A stretch of DNA of 64,000 nt from Amoebidium appalachense (taxonomy: Eukaryota; Protista; Ichthyosporea): NCBI GenBank assembly GCA_963693365.1, contig CAVNZM010000004.1:6606593-6670592 (forward strand), in the 5' to 3' direction. Shown piece after piece: positions 44,625-55,892 of the stretch. Each line of letters begins with the position of its first letter. Positions within the stretch are counted from its first letter, which is position 1. Below the pieces are notes generated by a model. It had not been told where the DNA came from and made no database searches. It was given only the letters and a program-made list of their open reading frames with translations. A program made the translations under genes and the position numbers.

Positions 44625-45987
44625 GGGTTGTGTGTTAATATAGTGTGCCGCTGTTACTGTGTTCTTGTGTGCACATGCGTGTGTTATGGGCGCGCGTGTG
44701 TATCTTGTGAGTGTTGTTCGCTCACGGAAACGTATATGTGTATAGAGAGGGAAGGAATAGAAATAGGGGAAGGGGGGGGGGGAGGGGGTAGTGATCTCTC
44801 AGAGAGAGAGGGAGAGGGACAGAGAGAGAGAGAGAGAGAGAGAGAGGCAGACGGACAGACAGACACACACATAGAGAAAGGGGGGGGGGGGGGGGGGGGG
44901 GGGGGGAAAGGGAGGAGGGAGGGAGGGAGAGAGACAGGGATAGCAAGGGAGAGAGAGAAGAGAACTTGCAATTCGAGCAAACCCAGGAAAAGGACATTCT
45001 CCCTAGTTTCATATCTTGGATTTCTTCAATTTTTCCCAACCATTGCACCTCCGTGGTAGATCCAGATGCAGCCACACAAACACTGCCAACACACACGTGT
45101 GTGTGTGCGTGGGCACACACACACACGATTGCTTGCAGGAGCACATAACAGACCAAACACAGGCACTATGCTGGATTGGCAGCTTACTCTATCCCCCCCC
45201 CCCCCCCCCCCTCCCCCCCCCTCTTCTCCCCCCCCCCCCCCCCCCCTCTCCCCAGGTGTGCCGCCGCCAACAGCACCCATCACACACACACACACACAAC
45301 CATCCCCCCACCAACACCCACAACAACCCACCAGCCCATGCAAACCCACTTCCCCACACCCACCTCGAACCCCACCCCCCCACACCCACCCACCCACCCT
45401 TCATCCATACCCCCCGCTCCCCCCCTCCCCCTCCCCACACGCACACCCACACATCACGTACCTCCGTCTCCGCCCCATTCGTCTTCCCCCTCTCCTCCTC
45501 CCCCTCCGGCTGCCCACTCACACACCTGTCCCCTGACCCACCCTCACCACCATTTCCCACATCCTTATTCCCACCTTCCACAACTGCCTTTCCCTCATCC
45601 TCACACCCGAAATCCCCGTCATTTTCCCGTTTTCCCGTTCCGTTTTCCGCACTTTCGCCCCCATTTCCCTCATTCTCCGGGTTTTCCTGGGTTTCTCCCT
45701 CCGACTCATCATCGCCACTTTCGTTAGCCCACACCATCATCTTCTTTCCACTCTCTTCCATCTCTTTCCGCATAAGAACAGGGCCCCATAACCTGTCGCC
45801 GCTGAATCTCTCATCCCGCCATTTTCGCAATATGGAGTATCCCAGGTGAGGTTCGGTACTTCGATAGTCGTTGAAACATGTGCCCCAAAAACCGTAGAAG
45901 ATTTCTGGATTTTCGTGAAGCCAGCGGGGAACACAGAGGTCACGGTATGTTACGCCCATGTCCTGATGTGTGTGTGTGTGTGTATAT

Positions 45988-46040
<53 letters not shown>

Positions 46041-46200
46041 AGTGCGAGTGCGTGCAGGGTGTGTGTGTGGGTGGCTGGCGGGGACCGGGCGGGGGTGGAG
46101 GTGAGGGGGGGATGGGGGTGAGTGGGTGGGCCGGGGGGAGGGGAGTGGGTGGGTGGGTGAGGGGGTGGGAGGAAGGTCGTCGATGTGTGTGTGTGTGTCG

Positions 46201-46287
<87 letters not shown>

Positions 46288-46990
46288 AGTGAGTTAGCGA
46301 GAGTGTGCGAGTGAGTGAGTGAGTGTGTGGGTGTGTGATGTACATGTGGTGTAAGCGTTGAGTGTTGTACATGTGGTTGCGCATATGCATGTCGTCATGT
46401 GATGCAAGGTGTCCTGGTGACCCATAAAGGCCCGACCAGACCAGCTAGCATATAATGAAACTTCGAAAGCAGCAGGCTAGTTGTGTGTGGTAGGTAGAAA
46501 AGTTTTAGGCACGGGAGGTAGTGATGCTGGGGGGAGGGGGGAGGGGCAGCTTATCGTCTTAAGGCACTCAAACACCCCCCCCTCCCCCCCCCCCTCGGCG
46601 CACCCCCGCTGGTCGCGGCAAACAGACACACCTCTCTTCCCGGCTCAAAGAAAAAACAAAACAAAAGACCAAAACAAGCATTGGCCCTCACAATTACCGA
46701 CCTGTAACTTTCCTTTTCACATTGCTAAGAGCCGTCCCCCCCCCCCCCCTCCCCCCCCCCCCCCCCCCCCCCCCCACAACCACCACCACCATCCCCATCT
46801 AACCTCCCCTCTTCCTATAGTATAAAATAGAAATGTAATCAACTGAACACCGCCCACCTCCGGCCCCCCTGTCCCCCCTTCCCCCTCTCCACTCCCCCTG
46901 GCCAAACCGCCCGTTCCCCCCCATCCCCCCCTTTTTCCCCTCTATCCTAAGGTCGAAAGAAAGAGAAGCACAATCCTTCAAAACCAAACC

Positions 46991-47063
<73 letters not shown>

Positions 47064-47667
47064 TAAAACCAACACACACCTCGTATGCCTTCACCCTTGC
47101 TATGTCCGTGTACGTGGGCAGCCCGCTATCGGCCGACCACCCAGCACCCGTGGCAACCAATAGAATGTCGGCGCTATTAATAGCTTCCGCAGCTCGCCGG
47201 CACGACTCGTGGAATGTGACGGCATATTCCGCGGCCTCTGATTGGTCGGGCTTCTCAAGGGTGCGCTCGTGGTCAATGCGGGACTGAAGGGAGCGGCAGT
47301 AGGGAACTTCGCAGGCGGCGTTTCTGCGTGTGTGTGTACGTGTGTGCGTACGGGTGTGTACGTGTACGTGTGTGTACGTGTGTGTGTGCGTGCGCGCGCG
47401 CATGTGTGTAGGTGTGTGTGTACGTGCACGTGTGTGTGTGTTTGTGTGTGTGTGGGGGGGGGAACGCCAGCGGGGGTAAGAATGTGACCTTAGCGGCGGA
47501 GAACACAGAGTAGATTATGCAAAAAGAGCACACGAAAAGAGTATGGGGAAAGTTTTTTTTTGGGGGGGGGGGGGTGGGGGGGGTTGAACAAGTGTGTGTG
47601 TGTTTGTGTGTTTAGGGTATGAATAGCAGGCAAGCGGCCGGTAAACAGGGGCAGAGGAGGAGGAGGA

Positions 47668-47704
<37 letters not shown>

Positions 47705-47946
47705 GGAGGGGGGAAAGAAGAAGAACATGATGTATGCAGTAAAGGGTGGCGAACTGGGAGCATCGGCATTTAAATCCACCAAAAAAAAAAAAGACATCAA
47801 CCGCAGCCAAAATTACCGTGCAGGCAGAAGACGTTAAACAGAGCGGAAATCAGATGGGGGCAACGATGAGATTTGCTCCGGTCATGGCACGTGTTCTTCA
47901 TAACCGTGTATACGGAACTACTGGTTTCCTTAATTAATGAGAACAC

Positions 47947-47977
<31 letters not shown>

Positions 47978-48610
47978 AAAAAACCGCCACCATCACCACA
48001 ATCATCACCACCCACACAAGATCCACCAACCATCGACACCCCCACCCCCACCTCCCCTTTCAAGACCCCCGCCGTTACTGCCAACACTCTACATTGTTAT
48101 TTCGCATCTACCTCTTTCTGTCCCCCTCCGTCTCTCCTGCCCCCTCCCACCCCCCCACTCCCCTCCCCCCCGCCAAAAAAAAAAAACCACTCACAGGTGC
48201 ATGCACACATACAAATGCAGACACAAACACACACACACACACATGCACACACCGTTCACCTTTGCCCCTAAACCTCTACCACCATCCTCTCCCAGCTGTC
48301 ATGCCTTAACATTATGCAAAGTATAGAATACACCGATAGCCCAATTAACCTACCCGCACTTTGCAGCGTGCGTAAGGCACAATCTCCCAAACATGGCACA
48401 CAGGCTGCAGTGATGGCTCCCAGGAGCCTCATCCACATGCTCTTTCAGTTGCCGAACCTCAGCGCAATCCGCAACATCACAGCTGGTGCTATCTTCGCAC
48501 TCTGCAAGGTGCACTAGAGCTTGTAGGCGTGCCAAAAAGAGCTCATCCTGTGTCGAATCAGCGCCAGGGGAGGACCCAGGGCTGCTTGGTTGGCTTGCTG
48601 GTGAGGCCAT
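42254..48610 (-). CDS. TAZ zinc finger - Sir2/sirtuin fusion protein, 5 exons (one apparent +1 homopolymer frameshift)
   Basis: Exons 48610-48354, 47323-47080, 45962-45462, 44443-43919 and 42839-42254 have GT-AG sites in compatible phases. TAZ: LVHLAEC...C...C...H...CSLC...[19 protein letters not shown]. Sir2: [70 protein letters not shown]. One extra G at 44115-44120 shifts the frame. Confidence 0.85.
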
Positions 48611-48931
48611 GTTTTGTGCCTCGTCGAATGAAAGAAAAGTGAGGAAAATGTATATTAGAAACAGATGAAGATAGCTGGAAAACTTAGCAGTTCAGAAAGC
48701 TTATAGATAATAGTAACGGATTATAACAGAACATTAAGTAAGGAAAACGACCTCATTCAGCAGAAACCGTGCGACAGGCTCTGAAGCGAAACTAAACTCT
48801 CTGTGCTGTGTGACGGGTATAACGGCTGTTGCCGGATTTATATGCGCGCCACTCGACGGCAAGATGTGGTATTCAGATAAATATAATCGGATCTCAAATA
48901 AAAAAAGAAATAATGGCTCGGGAAAATCCAG

Positions 48932-49030
48932 AAATAAATCTAAATATGGGGGGCAATGTGCTGAATAGAAAATGAATATGAATAATAAATCTAAATATGG
49001 GGGGCAATGTGCTGAATAGAAAATGAATAT
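48932..49030. repeat. ~51-bp tandem duplication
   Basis: AATAAATCTAAATATGGGGGGCAATGTGCTGAATAGAAAATGAATATG occurs twice. Confidence 0.9.
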
Positions 49031-49188
49031 GAATATGAATACACACATGCGTCACACATGTACCAGATGTACACACGCACACGCGCGCGCACACGCACAC
49101 ACACACGTGTACACACGTGCACGCACGACACACACACATACGCTTGCACCACGCGCGCACGCACGCACGCACACGCACACACACACGT

Positions 49189-49255
<67 letters not shown>

Positions 49256-50637
49256 CACACACGCACACACACACACACGTGTACACACACACACAATTAC
49301 TTTATCCTATATATGGCCACATCAACGTCTCGTTCCACATCGATATCACTCGCAACGCAGACCATTTCTCCCCCACAAGTATTTATAATTACATAGGCTG
49401 AGGCTGTGATCATGAATTGAAGGTGTAACCCTAGCTGGGGCTGCATGACGCTTGTGAAAACAGGTGGCCTATGATTTGGCCTCCAGGGAGTCGAGGAATT
49501 GGGGTGAAGTGGCTGAGGGAGCGAGGCTCAAGAGGAGGTTGGAGCTAATATAATTAGTTAGGGGTTAAGGCCTAGGTCCTGAGGGTTCGAGGGTTGGCAT
49601 ATATTGTCTCATAGTGAATGACTCTATGGTAATATATCATATGTGTATATCTATAAGTAGTATATTAATATATCATCTTATTTACTTACCTTTTCGAGGT
49701 TGGAGGTGAGGGGGGAGGGGGGGGGGGGGGGGGGGGGGGAGGAGAGGGTTGCGATTGGGGATTGGGCCAGGTTGCCAGGTGCACGTGGGTGGAGACGTGG
49801 GTGGTGGTGGTGGTGGGGGAGGAGGATAAGGAGGGGGGGGGGGGGGAGGAGGAGGAGGAGGAAGAGAAATTTTTCGATGAACAGGTGATATATATCATAC
49901 ATTTAACTGTTTACATTTGTAATTATTTCCGAGTTTTAATGTACTAATACATCCCCAACAGGCAACGTGCACACATGTGCCGTATCTATCAAAGCTATTA
50001 GCTAGACCACGAATGTAAACTGCATCCAAGTTTGGCATCATTTATCATTCATACGAATAAAAACGGCTGGACACCAGTAACTGTTAAGATAATATATCTC
50101 GCAGATATAAATTATGAAAACCATATTTCGTCTGTCTGAGGACCAAACTCGCTCTGGGTAGCCAGTTAAAATTTGCACATTTTTTAATCAAAGTAATGGA
50201 GTCAAGTTTAACCTCTAGAGGACCGGACTAAATGAATCTACCGGCCGCTCAAATTCACTATAAAGATACTGGCAGGCGAATGCGGGGCTCCCATCTGCTA
50301 GATGGGGCCGGCCGGGGCTCATGCCCCTCGCGCAGGTACAATCCAAAACTGTTATGAGAAAACGAATGTTGAAGAGTGTGCGTGTTTGTGATCCACGTCA
50401 AGTGTGTGTGCATGTGCTCATGTGTGGTGTACACGTGTGTGCGTGTGTGCGTTTCTGTGTGTATCACAGTGTGCCCATGTGTGTGCGTGTGTGCGTGTGT
50501 GTGACGTGTGTGTGTGTGTGTGTGTGTGTTTGTGTGTGTGTATGTGTCACGGTTCCTGTCGCGAGAAACTAGGAGGTACGTGTGCGGGGGAAAGTCATTG
50601 GGCGTTTGGGACAGGAAGAGAGGGGTGGGGTTGGGGG

Positions 50638-50669
<32 letters not shown>

Positions 50670-51627
50670 AGGGGGAGGGGGAGGGGGGGGGGGGGGGGGG
50701 GGGGAATTTACACCACCTATGCACCCAGGGCGACAGCAACTTGTGACAGGAGCAGAACGACCTGCCAGGTCCTCATTCCACCACCAGAACCAACCTTGCG
50801 GGAACCCATATTGTGTGGGCAAATGACTCAACAACGCCCGGTTACGTGGCTACGCGAAGTATTTCGAAAAGAAGTGTGCTTGGTTTGTTTCAGTACTGCC
50901 CCCGTTACGTTTTACTGACGGTGATAACGTGCCATAGCTGCCCAAAACGCATTGCCGCGCTCGCTGCAAAGAGCGCAACGATCTAGACAATTGGTACCGA
51001 GATTGGCGAAAATTCTCAAGCGCATTAAAAGGACCCTCAAAATCGTCAAACTGTTTACCCCAAAAGTTCAAATTACAGTATTTGTCCCCGGTATCCGTTC
51101 TCCGTTCGTTATCGGGGCTATAAACACCCAATTATTTGCTCCTTCAAAATCCGTGTCAGCGATTGGGCGAAAGCGTTTTTATCGTTTACCCTCCTCTCAT
51201 TAGCCAATCAAATCGCATATATTCGCAGCTATTGCTTACTTGCAAACCGCGGCCTCCCCTGAGTCCCCTCAGCCCCCCTCCACGTCCGGATCTTTCGAAC
51301 CCTACTCCTATTTGATCTCGTGGAGTAGAAAGGAGCCTACCGGCCCCAAAAACCCCCAAAAAATTGTAAATATCGACAGGTGTGTGTCTTACCTACATAT
51401 GATTCTAAGCTGATTTGGGCAAAATATCATTATTTCGTATACTTTTGTAACTGTTTCTGAAGCCACCTTCGAGATTTTGGAGAAGAGTTGGAGCTGACAT
51501 CAAATGTGGGGGTTTACACACTTTTTATTGCGTGGACACTGCCGGAGGCCCAGCAACATTCGACGGCCTACTGCGTTTTCCAGCGCAGCCAATCAAATGC
51601 AGCCAGTGACATATGTACATGCTAGGC

Positions 51628-51978
51628 ATTGGATTGGGCGAGGGACTTGGTAAGGTTCGAATCGAATCGCGAAGGGCCGCCAGGCCCGGAGCACGGCGGC
51701 CGGAGGCCGGCCCGGCCCGAAGGGCCCGGCGAACGGGGCCCGGCGACCAGTCCGGCGCACCGGGGGTCTGGGGGGACGGGGGGTCTGGGGGGAGGGAGCA
51801 GAGTCTGCTCCCTCCCCCCAGACCCCCCGTCCCCCCAGACCCCCGGTGCGCCGGACTGGTCGCCGGGCCCCGTTCGCCGGGCCCTTCGGGCCGGGCCGGC
51901 CTCCGGCCGCCGTGCTCCGGGCCTGGCGGCCCTTCGCGATTCGATTCGAACCTTACCAAGTCCCTCGCCCAATCCAAT
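51628..51978. repeat. Perfect 351-bp GC-rich palindrome (175-bp arms, 1-nt centre at 51803)
   Basis: ATTGGATTGGGCGAGGG...GGGAGCAGA-G-TCTGCTCCC...CCCTCGCCCAATCCAAT. ORF translations on both strands are identical except at the centre. Confidence 0.97.
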
Positions 51979-52248
51979 ATTGGACTAGTCATGTGACCTG
52001 GTGACTTTGAGATCACACCCCACCTAACCCTCCGATCCGATCGCGATCGATCTATTTCCCACTTCCCACTTTTCCCACTTAAAATCGAAAAAGAGAAAAA
52101 AAAAAGAGATAAAACAAGCGATCCAGCATTACCCACTTCTAAGTGGGAAAGTGGCCAATGACAACAAACACATCGATTTAAACCTAAAACGCGATAACAT
52201 AGTGTCACACTAAGGATCAGGCCGGGGAACGGGGAACGGGGGACGGGA

Positions 52249-52667
52249 AGCAAAACGTCTAAGTATGGACACTGGCACAGAGAGACAGAGAGCAAAAAGT
52301 CTAAGTCTACACGCGAGACAGAGAGCAAAAAGTCTAAGTCTACACGCGAGACAGAGAGCAAAAAGTCTAAGTATGGACACTGGCACAGAGAGAGAGAGAG
52401 AGCAAAACGTCTAAGTCTACACGCGAAGCACAGAGAGAGAGAGAGCAAAACGTCTAAGTCTACACGCGAAGCACAGAGAGAGAGAGAGCAAAACGTCTAA
52501 GTCTACACGCGAAGCACAGAGAGAGAGAGAGCAAAACGTCTAAGTCTACACGCGAAGCACAGAGAGAGAGAGAGCAAAACGTCTAAGTCTACACGCGAAG
52601 CACAGAGAGAGAGAGAGCAAAAAGTCTAAGTCTACACGCGAGACAGAGAGCAAAAAGTCTAAGTCTT
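52249..52667. repeat. Tandem array, ~11 units of 33-44 bp
   Basis: Core AGCAAAA(C/A)GTCTAAGT followed by CTACACGCGA or ATGGACACTGG and a variable (GA)n. Confidence 0.95.
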
Positions 52668-52680
52668 GAGTCTTGACCCG

Positions 52681-52868
52681 GGCAGGTGAGGCACGTGAGG
52701 CAGGTGAGGCAGGGGGGCAGGGGGGGCAGGTGAGGCAGGCACGTGAGGCAGGTGAGGCAGGGGGACAGGGGGGGGGGGGCACGTGAGGCAGGTGAGGCAG
52801 GTGAGGCACGCGAGGCACGTGGGGCACGCGAGGCACGTGGGGCACGTGGGGCACGCGAGGCACGCGCG
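52681..52868. repeat. 9-bp tandem array GGCA(C/G)G(T/C)G(A/G)
   Basis: Units GGCAGGTGA, GGCACGTGA, GGCACGCGA and GGCACGTGG. Confidence 0.9.
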
Positions 52869-53053
52869 GCAGGGGGGGGGGGGGGGGGAGGTATTTTCCA
52901 AAAACAGGGATCTGTATATACTTCACGGGGGTTTATTTTAGCATACAATATGGGTATAACAATTCCCAACCCACATATTCTGATCAGCATCAACAATCTA
53001 AATTCGAGCATATAAATTCCAAAAGGTGAGTGTCGATTTTTTCTATATACAGG

Positions 53054-54058
53054 TCATTCATCCTCGGTATGATCGGATTGTACATTCATATTTGGACGGA
53101 AAAGGAGAGAGGGACGAGATGTGTTATGGTACACAACCAGAGATACACCATTGTCGTCATCACCACTATTTTCACTTTCACTTTCACTTTCACTCTCGTC
53201 GTCTGACTCGCAATAGGCCAACGTACGCACACGTTCCAAACGCACATGTTCCTCCAAAGACTCCATCTCTACATACAAAGCAAGCGCATCACCACCACCA
53301 CCACCACCCAAATCGTCACGACTACTCTTACGTCTTTTGACGGAGTCGCCAGAACAGCGTCGGCGAGGCAGACCACAACCAAAATGACACTCTTTCGGCT
53401 CGACGTTGTGATATCGCTTCAGACGCTGTTCGTTGTTGTACACGTCGCTTGTGAGTTTGGATTTCTGTGCCTGTAGCACTTTAATCTGACGAGAAAGGGC
53501 CCCAATCTCGTCCTTCTTCTGGGCATTCACGGCGGAGGTAGCGGCATACAAATACGAATACTCGGCCAACACACAACTGAAAACCTTCTTGTCTTCATCG
53601 GTCACAGGCCATGGGTCTTGGTCGTATAGAGCACTGTCACGATATGTCATGAACGCGATGCATTTGCCAACAACGTCATCCCAATCAGCTTTGTAGGAGC
53701 GATGTACTTCGACGTCGGGCGAAAAAATAGAATCGGCATCGATTTTTTTCAAACACAACCGGAAGTCACGAACACCAATTGTTGCTATACCAGAGGTGTC
53801 GAGGGTGAGATGTGCACAAACGTCGAGCAACTTATCCAACAAAAAATCGTATTCGTCAATCGAATCGACGACAGTTTCGTTAGTCACCGCGAGGACCTGT
53901 GCGTGATGCCACAATCTGGCAAGGGAAGGCAGGGAAACCCGCATGTTGCTTTGCATGCTCGGGTCACGCTTGTCGGAGGGTCTTGTTTCCAGTGCATCAA
54001 AGAAATCAATAATAACCCGAAAAGTCCCGGAGACACGAGCATAGCGAATAGAAGCCAT
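53054..54058 (-). CDS. Hypothetical protein (virus-like block), coiled coil plus acidic C-terminus
   Basis: Intronless ORF of ~334 aa from ATG 54058 (MASIRY); no recognised domain. Confidence 0.7.
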   Translation of the reverse strand: MASIRYARVSGTFRVIIDFFDALETRPSDKRDPSMQSNMRVSLPSLARLWHHAQVLAVTNETVVDSIDEYDFLLDKLLDVCAHLTLDTSGIATIGVRDFRLCLKKIDADSIFSPDVEVHRSYKADWDDVVGKCIAFMTYRDSALYDQDPWPVTDEDKKVFSCVLAEYSYLYAATSAVNAQKKDEIGALSRQIKVLQAQKSKLTSDVYNNEQRLKRYHNVEPKECHFGCGLPRRRCSGDSVKRRKSSRDDLGGGGGGDALALYVEMESLEEHVRLERVRTLAYCESDDESESESESENSGDDDNGVSLVVYHNTSRPSLLFRPNMNVQSDHTEDE

Positions 54059-54136
54059 TGTGAACCCGTTAACAAGAACGATTCCAAACAGACTTACAAA
54101 CACAATCAAACACCGAAATTTTGTGTCGCTACATGT

Positions 54137-54472
54137 CACGGTTCGTAGACGATGGAAAACAGAAAAAAAAAATCTCTTCTAAAAAGGGACGCTTACAACA
54201 CGGCTCGTTCACGATGGAAAACAGAAAAAAAAAATCTCTTCTAAAAAGGGACGCTTACAACACGGCTCGTTCACGATGGAAAACAGAAAAAAAAAATCTC
54301 TTCTAAAAAGGGACGCTTACAACACGGCTCGTTCACGATGGAAAACAGAAAAAAAAATCTCTTCTAAAAAGGGACGCTTACAACACGGCTCGTTCACGAT
54401 GGAAAACAGAAAAAAAAATCTCTTCTAAAAAGGGACGCTTACAACACGGCTCGTTCACGATGGAAAACAGAA
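54137..54472. repeat. 61-62-bp tandem array (~5.5 copies)
   Basis: CACGGCTCGTTCACGATGGAAAACAGAAAAAAAAATCTCTTCTAAAAAGGGACGCTTACAA repeated near-identically. Confidence 0.97.
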
Positions 54473-54786
54473 GGCTTCTGCGACGCGAAGAGTCCTTATA
54501 AACATCTGCATTAGCGCAACCACCAAAACGAACCAATGCGCATCACGTAGGGTTCAACTCAGCAAGAAACATAGCAAATCAAAACAATGCTTTAATTTCG
54601 CTTGGCCAATTAAAGGGCTCGCCTTTCACGTTTTTTGGAGTGTATTATTTCGTCTGGCCAATCAAGTGGCCTCGCGTTTCGCTTTGCAAAAAAAAAAATA
54701 AAGTTCGCCGAGTGAACAACCAACCAAACCACGCAAAAAGCACGCCACCACACATGCTTCCCATTATGGTGACTACCGCGGCGTTC

Positions 54787-55012
54787 GGGACCAATCAGAT
54801 CAGCGGTCAAACCACGCGAACCAATCAGATCAACGGTCAAACCCGGCGGACCAATCAGATCAGCGGTCAAACCGGCGGACTAATCAGATTAGAGGTCAAA
54901 CCGGGCGGACTAATCAGATCAGAGGTCAAACCGGGCGGACCAATTAGATCAGCGGTCAAACCACGCGAACCAATCAGATCAGAGGTCAAACCGGGCGGAC
55001 CAACCAGATCCG
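54787..55012. repeat. 30-bp tandem array (8 copies), each with a CCAAT-like box
   Basis: GGACCAATCAGATCAG(C/A)GGTCAAACC... with CCAAT/CTAAT about every 30 bp from 54791 to 55000. Confidence 0.93.
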
Positions 55013-55112
55013 ATTTAGATACGGATCGAAAAAAAAAGGCCCAGGCGGTGCTGTGAAGGGTCGTATCGCGCGACAGACACAGCCTTCCTCTTTTTATTGG
55101 TACAAGTGCACA

Positions 55113-55382
55113 ATGTGGCCTTGGGTAGTCGCGTCCGCCATCTCATTCGTCCTGTTCTGGTTGACGCTGATATCATGTGACGTTCATAGAATAAACAGAT
55201 CACTGAAGCAAAAAACCGGGCCCCACCCAATACTGGACCCATTGTGCGACAACTTCATGATTCGCTGGCTGTGGATACTGTTGCCACTAATGCTTGCATA
55301 TACATACACCACATCCACACAATTCACCGAGACGGAAACCACACAGAAAATACTTTCAGGTGCTACACCCGTATCAACTTGA
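55113..55382 (+). CDS. Small two-TM hypothetical protein
   Basis: 89-aa ORF with two hydrophobic segments (MWPWVVASAISFVLFWLTLI; FMIRWLWILLPLMLAY). Confidence 0.45.
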   Translation: MWPWVVASAISFVLFWLTLISCDVHRINRSLKQKTGPHPILDPLCDNFMIRWLWILLPLMLAYTYTTSTQFTETETTQKILSGATPVST

Positions 55383-55710
55383 AACGACCCACCCCTTTGA
55401 AAGGTGGATCCCACCAGGGCTCTCGCTTGGCAATCACCACGACTTCCGGTACACGAGATTGTGTTTTTGTCAAAACACCGACGAGTTCACCGACATTCCA
55501 ACATATATCTGGAATCGACAGGCTGCTCGCCAACGCGTTCACAACAAAGCGGCTTTTTTGATCCACTCCACATACTTGTGTAATCAAATCACTCGTCGCG
55601 GAAAGAACCACAGTCCCAGAGTGAGCACGCGCGCTGCGCAGCATGTTGTCTAACCGCCCGCGATCTCCCACGTACCAATAACACCCTGGGTTGTACACTT
55701 CCACGTCCAT
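55363..55710 (-). CDS. Hypothetical protein (115 aa)
   Basis: ORF from GAAATGGACG (MDVEVY); globular-looking composition. Confidence 0.6.
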   Translation of the reverse strand: MDVEVYNPGCYWYVGDRGRLDNMLRSARAHSGTVVLSATSDLITQVCGVDQKSRFVVNALASSLSIPDICWNVGELVGVLTKTQSRVPEVVVIAKREPWWDPPFKGVGRFKLIRV

Positions 55711-55892
55711 TTCACAAGGAAAAAGATTAAATTGACACGACAGACCAACGATCACTGGGTTTTATTGTTTATCAATATACAAATGACCAGATACAGTGCC
55801 ACCGGTGACCAGTCACCTGCATTTATTAGGACGAAACCCACAAGACCCCAAGCGGGCCTGGCCGCGGAGGGCAAATCCACGGCAAGCCGTCT

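Noticed and set aside
50700-51131. Short ORFs before the viral junction
   Set aside because: No recognisable homology or consistent splice chain; may be a disrupted host gene but this is unsupported.
51525-52448. 307-aa and mirror-image ORFs over the palindrome
   Set aside because: By-products of the GC-rich palindrome and tandem repeats; the same peptide appears on both strands.
52249-52667. Repeat array as a CRISPR
   Set aside because: Inter-repeat segments are themselves repeated rather than unique spacers; there are no cas genes and the context is eukaryotic.
54137-55012. 62-bp and 30-bp arrays as CRISPR
   Set aside because: Head-to-tail tandem units without spacers.
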